Below, one piece after another: positions 23,848 through 31,740 of a stretch of 64,000 nucleotides of DNA. Below the pieces are notes generated by a model that saw nothing but the letters and a program-made list of their open reading frames with translations, had not been told where the DNA came from and did no database searches. Origin of the DNA: Candidatus Saccharimonadota bacterium (lineage in GTDB: Bacteria; Patescibacteriota; Saccharimonadia; Saccharimonadales; AWTP1-31); the NCBI GenBank assembly GCA_003962975.1, contig RXKC01000009.1, positions 9,578 through 73,577 of the forward strand, read 5' to 3'. Every line of letters begins with the position of its first letter. The first letter of the stretch is position 1. The position numbers were made by a program, and so were the translations under genes.

Positions 23848-24429
23848 ATGAAATTACAAGTTATTATTGGTAGCACTCGGCCGGGTCGGCAATCAGATAA
23901 ATTAGCGCGATGGGTATCTACTCATGCGGCAGATATTGAAGGGGTAGAAGTGGAACTGGTTGACCTGGTTGATTATCCGCTGGCACTGTTCGATGAAGCG
24001 ATATCACCACAGTACAATCCGAATCGCTCACCCAGTGCGGCAGCTAAAAAATGGCTCGATAAGCTCAGTGAGGCTGATGCCTACGTACTGGTAACACCAG
24101 AGTATAACCGCTCAACATCAGGTGTCTTGAAGAATGCGCTTGATTACGTAGACTTCCAGATGAAAGACAAACCGGTCGGCATTGTAGCTCATGGTAGTAG
24201 TGGCGGTGGTCAAGCAGTCGGACATTTACGAGCGATTGTCACAGGAGTGCTAGCAGTCACAATTCCTCAAGCGGTTTACTTTGCACATAGAGTCAGTGAA
24301 GTTGTGAGCGAGAAGGGTGAAATAACCGAAGAGCTCGCTCAAAAACCAGGTGGTCCAAAAAGTGCCCTCGACGGCATGCTGGCAAGCCTCAAATGGTATA
24401 GCGACGCCCTGCAGTCCGCCAGAGATTGA
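23848..24429 (+). CDS. NAD(P)H-dependent FMN reductase family protein
   Basis: MKLQVIIGSTRPGRQS N-terminus and the TPEYNRS block. Confidence 0.85.
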   Translation: MKLQVIIGSTRPGRQSDKLARWVSTHAADIEGVEVELVDLVDYPLALFDEAISPQYNPNRSPSAAAKKWLDKLSEADAYVLVTPEYNRSTSGVLKNALDYVDFQMKDKPVGIVAHGSSGGGQAVGHLRAIVTGVLAVTIPQAVYFAHRVSEVVSEKGEITEELAQKPGGPKSALDGMLASLKWYSDALQSARD

Positions 24430-24460
24430 TAAAATCGGAGAGTAGTATATAGTATGTTTA

Positions 24461-24997
24461 ATGTTTCGGTATCGCATTAGAGCCCGTTTTGTTTCGATTC
24501 CTCCTCAAGAACGTGTGCATACTCCCGTCGTCGTAGAACAAGAACAGCCCAAGCCTGATTTTACCTTAGCCAACCGGCAGATAAGGGCAGGGCTGGCACT
24601 TTCAGAACGAGTACTTCGGGGCGAGCACACGCCGCAGCTGATTAGTCAGATACAGTTTGCAAACGCAGCCGGTTTATTTACGCACTTTGCTGATCGTGAC
24701 AATGAGCATGGGCTTTACTGGACAGCAGGCGACTATTTTGAAGCACATGGAGCCAGTCTGGGTCTGGTAGATAGTCGGGCAGCAATCTCTGTTATGAGTT
24801 CGGTTATGACTGCAGCAAGTGTTAGCAGAAATATTGTAAGCGAAGTGGATCTTATGTCGCCAGTGGCCCTAGCTCAATATGCGTATAACGAACTGCTACA
24901 AGCGGCAGTACAGCCAGTTGCGCTCCGTCCAGAAGTTACGGCTTGGCTGACGCAGCTGTGTGCACCAGAAGGACTTGGTTTACCCTCACATGAGTAA
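24461..24997 (+). CDS. Hypothetical protein (178 aa)
   Basis: ORF only; no recognised motifs. Confidence 0.45.
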   Translation: MFRYRIRARFVSIPPQERVHTPVVVEQEQPKPDFTLANRQIRAGLALSERVLRGEHTPQLISQIQFANAAGLFTHFADRDNEHGLYWTAGDYFEAHGASLGLVDSRAAISVMSSVMTAASVSRNIVSEVDLMSPVALAQYAYNELLQAAVQPVALRPEVTAWLTQLCAPEGLGLPSHE

Positions 24998-25016
24998 CAC
25001 TGGTACAATAGGCACT

Positions 25017-25565
25017 ATGCAAGACAAGAACGCTATACCCAGCAAGCTACTGTGGGTAGATTTAGAAATGACGGGCCTCGACGTGCCTAAAGACCGAATC
25101 ATCGAAGTTGCAGTGCTGGTCACAGACTTTAACTTCAGCGTGCTCGATAGCTACGAAGCGGTGATTCATCATGGTGACGAAGTGGTTAACAACATGAACC
25201 CTTGGGCTGCATCCCAGCATTCAGCCAGCGGCCTCACGGCCAAGGTACGAAGTAGTAAACTCACTGAAGAGCAGGTTATTGGTGAAGTTGTTGGCCTGAT
25301 AAAAGCTCAGTTTGGTGATGAACTAGCCATTTTAGCTGGTAATTCCATCTGGAATGATCGTAATTTTATTCGACACTGGTGGCCAGAAGTGGACCAGCTT
25401 TTGCACTATCGCATGCTTGATGTTAGTAGCTTTAAGGTGCTCATGCAGGGTCAGACTGGCTTTGTATTTGAAAAAGACAGCAGCCATCGAGCTCAAGACG
25501 ATATCCAGGCATCTATTGATGAGCTAAAAGCTTACCTGCAAAAGTTGAGCACCCATGGATCATAA
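25017..25565 (+). CDS. orn: Oligoribonuclease (DEDDh 3'-5' exoribonuclease)
   Basis: LLWVDLEMTGLD...IIEVA (Exo I), NSIWNDRNF (Exo II) and HRAQDDI (Exo III). I chose the start at 25017 by analogy to E. coli Orn length; 24990 and 24960 are alternatives. Confidence 0.87.
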   Translation: MQDKNAIPSKLLWVDLEMTGLDVPKDRIIEVAVLVTDFNFSVLDSYEAVIHHGDEVVNNMNPWAASQHSASGLTAKVRSSKLTEEQVIGEVVGLIKAQFGDELAILAGNSIWNDRNFIRHWWPEVDQLLHYRMLDVSSFKVLMQGQTGFVFEKDSSHRAQDDIQASIDELKAYLQKLSTHGS

Positions 25566-25917
25566 ACAAGTAGAAGAATATGTACTCAGCATGCCAAATG
25601 CTAAGCTGGACTATCCGTTTGGCGAGGATGTGGCGGTGTATAAAGTGCCGGTAAAAGACGACGACAAAATGTTCGCTTTGATACCAGAAAACACGACTCC
25701 TGTTCGCATTAGCTTGAAGTGTGACCCGGCCTTAGCAAAATTATTGCGCGAAAAATACATTACTGTCATGGAAGGCTACCACCTGAACAAAAAACATTGG
25801 AACACCATAGTCCTAAGCGGTGAGATCGAATGGGAAGAGATCCAAGGTTTTATTCGCCACAGCTATGACCTGGTGATTGGTGCCGACAACGCCTATCCAG
25901 AAATTATTAAGAAGTAA
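25555..25917 (+). CDS. MmcQ/YjbR family DNA-binding protein
   Basis: 120 aa. The LDYPFGEDVAVYKV...KMFALI pattern is typical of the YjbR family. It overlaps the orn stop. Confidence 0.72.
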   Translation: MDHKQVEEYVLSMPNAKLDYPFGEDVAVYKVPVKDDDKMFALIPENTTPVRISLKCDPALAKLLREKYITVMEGYHLNKKHWNTIVLSGEIEWEEIQGFIRHSYDLVIGADNAYPEIIKK

Positions 25918-25928
25918 TTTTTCGTTCG

Positions 25929-26579
25929 TTATTGCTGAGTTTGTTCACCCAGCAACAGGGTGGCGCCGTCGTAGGCTTCGGCCAGAATTTGTTTTTCACT
26001 CTGACTTTTACTAGTGTTGAATAATTTTTTTGCGGTGGCTTGATAGGTTTTGAGCTGAGCGCTCATGGTCTCTTTAAAGACTTCATCATAGGTGTTGTTG
26101 TCGGCTGCCGCGGCAAAATTTTTATCAGTGCTTTCTTTCTTTAACAAAGCCAGTTTTTTGTCATCTGCCTTTACTTTATATTTTTTCAGTAGGCCGAGCA
26201 CTTGCTCATGCGAGGATTGCACGGTGATGCTGGTGTTGGCAGCCAGCGTTTGCGTGGCCACGCCACGAGCGGCCGGCTCATTTTTACTCAGCCCAGCTGT
26301 GCGGATGATTTCTGCTTGTTGCTGAGCCATAACAAGTATTTCGCTACCCCTTTGCTTGTTGCCAGAAAATAGAGAACTCACCAGCATAAACAAAATGATT
26401 ACGACGACTAGACCACCAATACCAGCAAAAATAAGCCGTTTCTTCGAACCACCTCCACCGCTACTAACGCCACCTGAAAATAATGGTTTTTTCTGAGGCT
26501 CAGGGGTATTCATGAAAAAGTCATACTGACCAGGTTGTGGAGCTGGTGTTTGGGGTGCGGCCGGAGGTTGCTGATCCAT
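25929..26579 (-). CDS. Hypothetical single-pass membrane protein with a Pro/Gln-rich N-terminus
   Basis: 216 aa with a TM helix (LIFAGIGGLVVVIILFMLVSSLF). No family recognised. Confidence 0.55.
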   Translation of the reverse strand: MDQQPPAAPQTPAPQPGQYDFFMNTPEPQKKPLFSGGVSSGGGGSKKRLIFAGIGGLVVVIILFMLVSSLFSGNKQRGSEILVMAQQQAEIIRTAGLSKNEPAARGVATQTLAANTSITVQSSHEQVLGLLKKYKVKADDKKLALLKKESTDKNFAAAADNNTYDEVFKETMSAQLKTYQATAKKLFNTSKSQSEKQILAEAYDGATLLLGEQTQQ

Positions 26580-26661
26580 ATGCGTATTCTACCAGTAATA
26601 CGACCGCTCTCACTAGCCCCTTATGCTTTCAGGTTTAGCTTTTTCACTTTAGACTGTAGAT

Positions 26662-28428
26662 ATGGACGCGGTAGAGGAGATCAAGTCACGTTTAAGCATC
26701 GAAGATGTTGTTTCGCAGTACCTCGAGCTCAAACGATCCGGCCGCAACTTCAAGGCGCTGAGCCCTTTTAGCCAAGAGAAAACACCTAGTCTGATGATTA
26801 GCCCGGAAAAGCAGATATGGCATGACTTTAGTAGTGGTAAGGGTGGTGACATGTTTAGTTTTGTCATGGAAGTCGACGGTCTCGACTTCAAAGCTGCCCT
26901 CGACCTTTTGGCTCGTCAGGCCGGAGTTGATTTGTCACAGTTCCAGCGAAAAGGGGATGGCCAAGCAGCTAAATTGAAAGAGCAACTCTTTCAGGCCCTA
27001 GAAATGGCCACCAAGTACTACCAGGTGTGTCTGAGTCGTAGTTCCAGCACCATGACTTACGTTACCGAAAAACGTCAGTACTCCAAGCAAACCATAGCCA
27101 CCTTTCGGCTTGGGTATTCGCCAGAGCAGGGTGATGCCTTGGTGCAATTCTTGCTAAAAAAAGGCTTTACACAGGAAGTTATCCAAAAGGCTGGGCTTGG
27201 CACGCGCAGATATAAGGGCTTTGGAGATATGTTCCGGGGCAGGCTGATGGTGCCTCTGATGGATGCAACGGGTCGAGTGATTGGCTTTACGGCTCGAATA
27301 CTACGTGACGACCCAAATGCACCCAAATACATCAATACACCGCAGAGTCCGGTCTATGACAAAAGTCGTCATGTGTTTGGTCTGCATCTGGCCAAAGATG
27401 CCCTGCGCAAGCAGAACTACGCGGTGGTTGTAGAAGGCAACCTGGATGTTATTGCCAGCCACCAGGCTGGTGTGGCTAATGTGGTGGCTACAGCCGGCAC
27501 AGCTATGACCGAGCAGCACCTAAAAGCGCTGAGCCGATTCACAACTGATATTCGCATTGCCTTTGATCAAGATCAGGCCGGCTTGAAGGCAACTGAGCGT
27601 TCGATCCCAATCGCTAGCAAGGTTGGAGTCAGCCTGAGTATTATCACTGTGCCAGAGGGCAAAGACCCGGACGAATTGGTGAAAAAAGACCCAGCCGCAT
27701 GGCAAGCCGTGGTAGAAAAACCACAGTATGCGGTCGATTGGATCATCGACCGGTATAAGAATTTGCTGGATATAACCACCGCACAGGGAAAGCGTGCTTT
27801 TAGCGATCAAGTGCTTGCAACGCTCGAAGAGTTATCCGACAGTGTAGAAAAGGATCATTATGTACGCCAGGTCGCCGACTTACTCGGCGTCAGCCAAGAG
27901 GCGCTGCACCAAAAAAGTACTACATTTACCAAGAAAGTGGCTCCTAAGCGGCAAACTGTCCCGCAGCCACAACTCGATAAAGAGGCGCGGGACCAAACAC
28001 AGCTGCAAAATAAACTACTCGCTTTATGTCTCTTTTTGCCGAGCCTCAGAGGGTACTTGGACCCACTGACGACGGACATGTTTGCTGACCCGGCTGCCAA
28101 GAAACTTTTGCAAATCCTCAAGTCTCAGCCAGATTTTACGAGCGACCAGCTTGAGTCTACATCAGACAGCGCATTGCTGAGTTTGCAGGAATATGGTAAA
28201 ATTCTGTCATTAGTTTTTGATGAACTGTATAAGGATCTCGAGGTACTGGAACTTCGTTACGAAGCCGCTCGACTGCAAATCCGTAGAATAGAAACATATG
28301 TAAAAACCCAAAAAGCTCGTTTAAGCCGTGCCATGCAAACGGCTAGCGACACAGATATGGAGCGTTTGCTCGAAGCAGCAAAACGCCTCGATGTATTACT
28401 AAAAGCAACCAAGGAGACAAGTAAGTAA
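26662..28428 (+). CDS. dnaG: DNA primase DnaG
   Basis: N-terminal zinc-ribbon-homologous region, RNA polymerase core and Toprim ([17 protein letters not shown]). All Zn ligands are substituted (see findings). Confidence 0.93.
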   Translation: MDAVEEIKSRLSIEDVVSQYLELKRSGRNFKALSPFSQEKTPSLMISPEKQIWHDFSSGKGGDMFSFVMEVDGLDFKAALDLLARQAGVDLSQFQRKGDGQAAKLKEQLFQALEMATKYYQVCLSRSSSTMTYVTEKRQYSKQTIATFRLGYSPEQGDALVQFLLKKGFTQEVIQKAGLGTRRYKGFGDMFRGRLMVPLMDATGRVIGFTARILRDDPNAPKYINTPQSPVYDKSRHVFGLHLAKDALRKQNYAVVVEGNLDVIASHQAGVANVVATAGTAMTEQHLKALSRFTTDIRIAFDQDQAGLKATERSIPIASKVGVSLSIITVPEGKDPDELVKKDPAAWQAVVEKPQYAVDWIIDRYKNLLDITTAQGKRAFSDQVLATLEELSDSVEKDHYVRQVADLLGVSQEALHQKSTTFTKKVAPKRQTVPQPQLDKEARDQTQLQNKLLALCLFLPSLRGYLDPLTTDMFADPAAKKLLQILKSQPDFTSDQLESTSDSALLSLQEYGKILSLVFDELYKDLEVLELRYEAARLQIRRIETYVKTQKARLSRAMQTASDTDMERLLEAAKRLDVLLKATKETSK

Positions 28429-29555
28429 TGCCCAAGAAGCCAGCCAAGAAAGAAGAAGCTCCTCTGAGTATTGAGGATCAAAAGAAAGAGCTCATCGCCA
28501 AAGCCAAAAAATCTGGCGAAGTTGATCAGCGAGATATCACTGCGATTTTTCCAGATACTCCAGAGAATATCGATGCACTGGATAGTCTGTATACCGAGCT
28601 AGCCGACAACAACATCAAGATCAATGCACCTGGCGATACCAATAACGGTACCGAATTTAGCGATGAGTGGAATGCCGAAGACAACGAAGAAATTGTTATC
28701 ACCGATCAAGTGTACCTAGATGATGTTGCTGATGACTCAGTTCGTTTGTACCTGCGTGAGATTGGTAAAATTCCACTCCTAAAGGCTGACGAAGAGTTAG
28801 CTCTAGCGCAGCGGGTTGTCGCAGGCGACAAGAAGGCCAAAGACGAAATGGCCGAAGCTAACATGCGTCTCGTGGTCAGTATCGCTAAGCGTTATGTAGG
28901 TCGTGGTCTCGATCTGCTCGATCTTATCCAAGAAGGTAACACCGGGCTACTTCGTGCAGTTGAAAAATTTGACCCAGATAAAGGCTTTAAGTTCTCGACC
29001 TATGCAACCTGGTGGATCCGGCAAGCCATTACGCGTGCTATTGCTGACCAGGCACGCACAATTCGTATTCCTGTGCACATGGTTGAGACCATCAACAAGC
29101 TACTGCGAACACAACGGCGCTTAACTCAAGAGCTCAACCGCGAACCGACCAATGACGAGATTGCCAAAGAAATGGAAATCGATGTCGAAAAAGTCGAACA
29201 CATCATGAAGATCAAGCAAGACATTAGCTCTCTTGATGCTAGCGTACGTGACGACGAAGAAGATTCAGTGCTCGGTGACTTTATTGAAGACGAAGACACC
29301 GTATCACCAGAAGAGTCTGCCACCGGCCAACTGTTGAAAGAGCACGTTAAAGACATGCTGGGCGCTCTGACCGAACGCGAACAGAAGATTCTTAAACTGC
29401 GTTTTGGTCTCGAGGACGGCAAGAGCCACACTCTCGAGGAAGTAGGGCAAGAGTTTAATGTCACCCGCGAACGTATCCGACAAATCGAAGCCAAAGCCTT
29501 GGCTAAGTTGCGCAAGCATAAAGATGCCCGCAAACTCCACGATTACATCAAATAG
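28428..29555 (+). CDS. rpoD: RNA polymerase sigma factor RpoD
   Basis: Regions 2-4 are canonical ([51 protein letters not shown]). The start overlaps the dnaG stop by 1 nt (TAATG). Confidence 0.96.
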   Translation: MPKKPAKKEEAPLSIEDQKKELIAKAKKSGEVDQRDITAIFPDTPENIDALDSLYTELADNNIKINAPGDTNNGTEFSDEWNAEDNEEIVITDQVYLDDVADDSVRLYLREIGKIPLLKADEELALAQRVVAGDKKAKDEMAEANMRLVVSIAKRYVGRGLDLLDLIQEGNTGLLRAVEKFDPDKGFKFSTYATWWIRQAITRAIADQARTIRIPVHMVETINKLLRTQRRLTQELNREPTNDEIAKEMEIDVEKVEHIMKIKQDISSLDASVRDDEEDSVLGDFIEDEDTVSPEESATGQLLKEHVKDMLGALTEREQKILKLRFGLEDGKSHTLEEVGQEFNVTRERIRQIEAKALAKLRKHKDARKLHDYIK

Positions 29556-29570
29556 AGCTAAGAGGATTCA

Positions 29571-30146
29571 ATGATACTTATTGGACTTGCAGGCACAAAT
29601 GGCAGCGGTAAAGACACTGTTGCGCATTTGCTTGCTGAAAAATATGGCTTTGTTTTTGCCGATGCCACGCAAATGCTCGGCGACGAGCTGACCAAACGTG
29701 GTCTGTCGCACGAGCGTCTCAACAAATCAGCACTTAGTGCCGAATGGCGCCGTGAACATGGCATGGGTGTCATTGTCGACAAAGGCCTCGAACTGTACAA
29801 AGCAGGTGATTACAAAGGGTTAATCGTTGGTAGTCTGCGTCACCCTGGCGAGGCTGATAGGATTCATGAACTCGGCGGCACAATGCTCTGGGTTGATGCT
29901 GATCCCAAAGTTCGCTATGAACGAATAACCAGTAATGACCGTGGCAGAATCGAAGATCAAAAGACCTTTGAAGAATTTCTAGCCGAACAAGAGCGCGAGA
30001 TGTCACCAGTTGGTGATGCGGCTACCCTCAATATTGGAGCAGTAAAAGAGCGAGCTGATATTACCTTGTACAACAATGGCAATAACATCGAGGCATTTAA
30101 GCGCGATGCCGAAAAAGCACTAGCGCAACTCCTTACGACCTCTTGA
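29571..30146 (+). CDS. P-loop nucleotide/nucleoside kinase-like protein
   Basis: MILIGLAGTNGSGKDT Walker A at the extreme N-terminus. Its size is similar to dNMP and dephospho-CoA kinases. Substrate unknown. Confidence 0.6.
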   Translation: MILIGLAGTNGSGKDTVAHLLAEKYGFVFADATQMLGDELTKRGLSHERLNKSALSAEWRREHGMGVIVDKGLELYKAGDYKGLIVGSLRHPGEADRIHELGGTMLWVDADPKVRYERITSNDRGRIEDQKTFEEFLAEQEREMSPVGDAATLNIGAVKERADITLYNNGNNIEAFKRDAEKALAQLLTTS

Positions 30147-30180
30147 ATTAAAGAGTAAAGTATTGTAAAGTAATCTCGAT

Positions 30181-31095
30181 ATGGCTGAACACGTAGAAGA
30201 TCTTTCCAACTTTTCTTTGCACACCTTTGATGCTGCCACTGTTGCTGGTGGCTTGCTGCCCGAAATGGCAGAAGTATTCGGTGTCGATTTTGATCCAGAA
30301 CATGCTGCCCAAAGCCTTACAGAGCTATCGGGTGCAATCGGCAAGAGTAAAGTCTTGCAAGATAACATTGGTCAAGTCCAGGAAGTACTAGGTACAGATC
30401 AAGATGGGCTTAGCATTGCAGCCGATTGGCTAGAGCGATCTGGTGTACAGAAGGCGCTTGATCGTAATCTGTGGACACCTGGCTCACAAACGCCTCGAGA
30501 CGTTGGAGCAATTGTCATGACTGATTCTATGGCCAACGGCCAAGATCGTACAACGGCTCTCTTGCAGCGCTGGGCAGAGCAAGGTCGCTCACGCGACGAG
30601 TTGCCTCGAGTATTCCTGGCTACTGGTAATCGTATTATGGACACCAAAACAGAGGTGACTAACGCCAGTGTTGAACAAATGTATGACGTGATGGGACGTT
30701 ACCCAACGGGGTACGAGTACGGCGAAAGTGTCGTGCGGCCAACACTCGTATCTGCCGGATACAAAGTTACAATCATTCCTTATGACACAGCAAACGGCTC
30801 AGAAGTAGCTGACCGATTTATTTCTGATTACCCAGCAATCTTTGGTGGCGAGATAGCCTTTGCCCGAGTCGCTAACAGCGGAGTTCAGCTAGCCGGACAG
30901 TTCCGTCGAGCAGTGCATGCGCGCGGCTGGAACTTTGATACAGCAGAGAACCCACAAGTATATATTCTTACCGATGAACAGCCAATCGCACGCAACGAAG
31001 AAGAACTGTCGCAAAGCCGCCGATTCCAGAATCCGCACACCGGTATTCGCCAAGCGGTCCAGACAGCGCGCAACCTTGCACTGATGACTCAATAA
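30181..31095 (+). CDS. Hypothetical protein (304 aa)
   Basis: ORF only; no recognised motifs. Confidence 0.55.
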   Translation: MAEHVEDLSNFSLHTFDAATVAGGLLPEMAEVFGVDFDPEHAAQSLTELSGAIGKSKVLQDNIGQVQEVLGTDQDGLSIAADWLERSGVQKALDRNLWTPGSQTPRDVGAIVMTDSMANGQDRTTALLQRWAEQGRSRDELPRVFLATGNRIMDTKTEVTNASVEQMYDVMGRYPTGYEYGESVVRPTLVSAGYKVTIIPYDTANGSEVADRFISDYPAIFGGEIAFARVANSGVQLAGQFRRAVHARGWNFDTAENPQVYILTDEQPIARNEEELSQSRRFQNPHTGIRQAVQTARNLALMTQ

Positions 31096-31106
31096 AGAGC
31101 ATAATA

Positions 31107-31135
31107 TTGACAAATAAGCATAAGCATGCTAATAT
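31107..31135 (+). promoter_or_regulatory. Sigma-70-type promoter (TTGACA, 17-nt spacer, TGC-TAATAT)
   Basis: TTGACA at 31107-31112, a 17-nt spacer, then TAATAT at 31130-31135. The ATAATATTGACAAA context is identical to that at 1211. Confidence 0.5.
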
Positions 31136-31174
31136 GTGGGTATTCAGTAAAAACAAAAATTAGGAATAAAACTC

Positions 31175-31696
31175 ATGGAATCAGCACCACGCCCAAGGAA
31201 CCGTCGTCGTACACTAGCAGGTGTTGCACTAGCGGGCACTACACTTCTGGCTGCTGCTACAGGCGCATTTATTACTGGATCAGATAAAGATTCCAGCCCA
31301 GTTGATGTTACAGTTACTGAGCAGCTTGATGGAACTACTCCTACGACTGAAGTAGACCAGGTTGCTCCTGTTGAGCTAGACATTCCAAGTCAACCTGATA
31401 CCGATGACACTACTGAGCCTCCACTAGTTGACGGTGAATCAACAACTACAGTGTTGCCTCCTACAGAAACAGATGTGCGTGTAAGTGATGAAGGTGCCGG
31501 TGCGCCTGTCACTACTGTTCAGCCACCAGTAGAAGATGTGCACCCAGTCCCTGACCTTACTTCTGGTGACGTCCAGCTTGGCCCTGGCGGCGCAGTCGAG
31601 GTAAATCCTGCTGCAGTACAGCCAGTTGGCGAACTAGCCCCTGGTCAAGTACAGCTTGGCCCTGGCGGTGTATCAGAGACTAATACCGGTCAATAA
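31175..31696 (+). CDS. Hypothetical exported or membrane-anchored Pro/Thr/Val-rich protein (173 aa)
   Basis: A basic N-terminus (PRNRRRTLAG) is followed by a hydrophobic helix and then a low-complexity acidic region. The C-terminus has two VQLGPGG repeats. Confidence 0.55.
   Translation: MESAPRPRNRRRTLAGVALAGTTLLAAATGAFITGSDKDSSPVDVTVTEQLDGTTPTTEVDQVAPVELDIPSQPDTDDTTEPPLVDGESTTTVLPPTETDVRVSDEGAGAPVTTVQPPVEDVHPVPDLTSGDVQLGPGGAVEVNPAAVQPVGELAPGQVQLGPGGVSETNTGQ
31574..31668 (+). repeat. 17-nt exact direct repeat inside a CDS (cagcttggccctggcgg, two copies)
   Basis: Copies at 31574-31590 and 31652-31668 each encode QLGPGG. Confidence 0.8.
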
Positions 31697-31740
31697 TTCT
31701 TATATAGCTCTGACCTTTCTGACAGCGTATACTTACAGGT

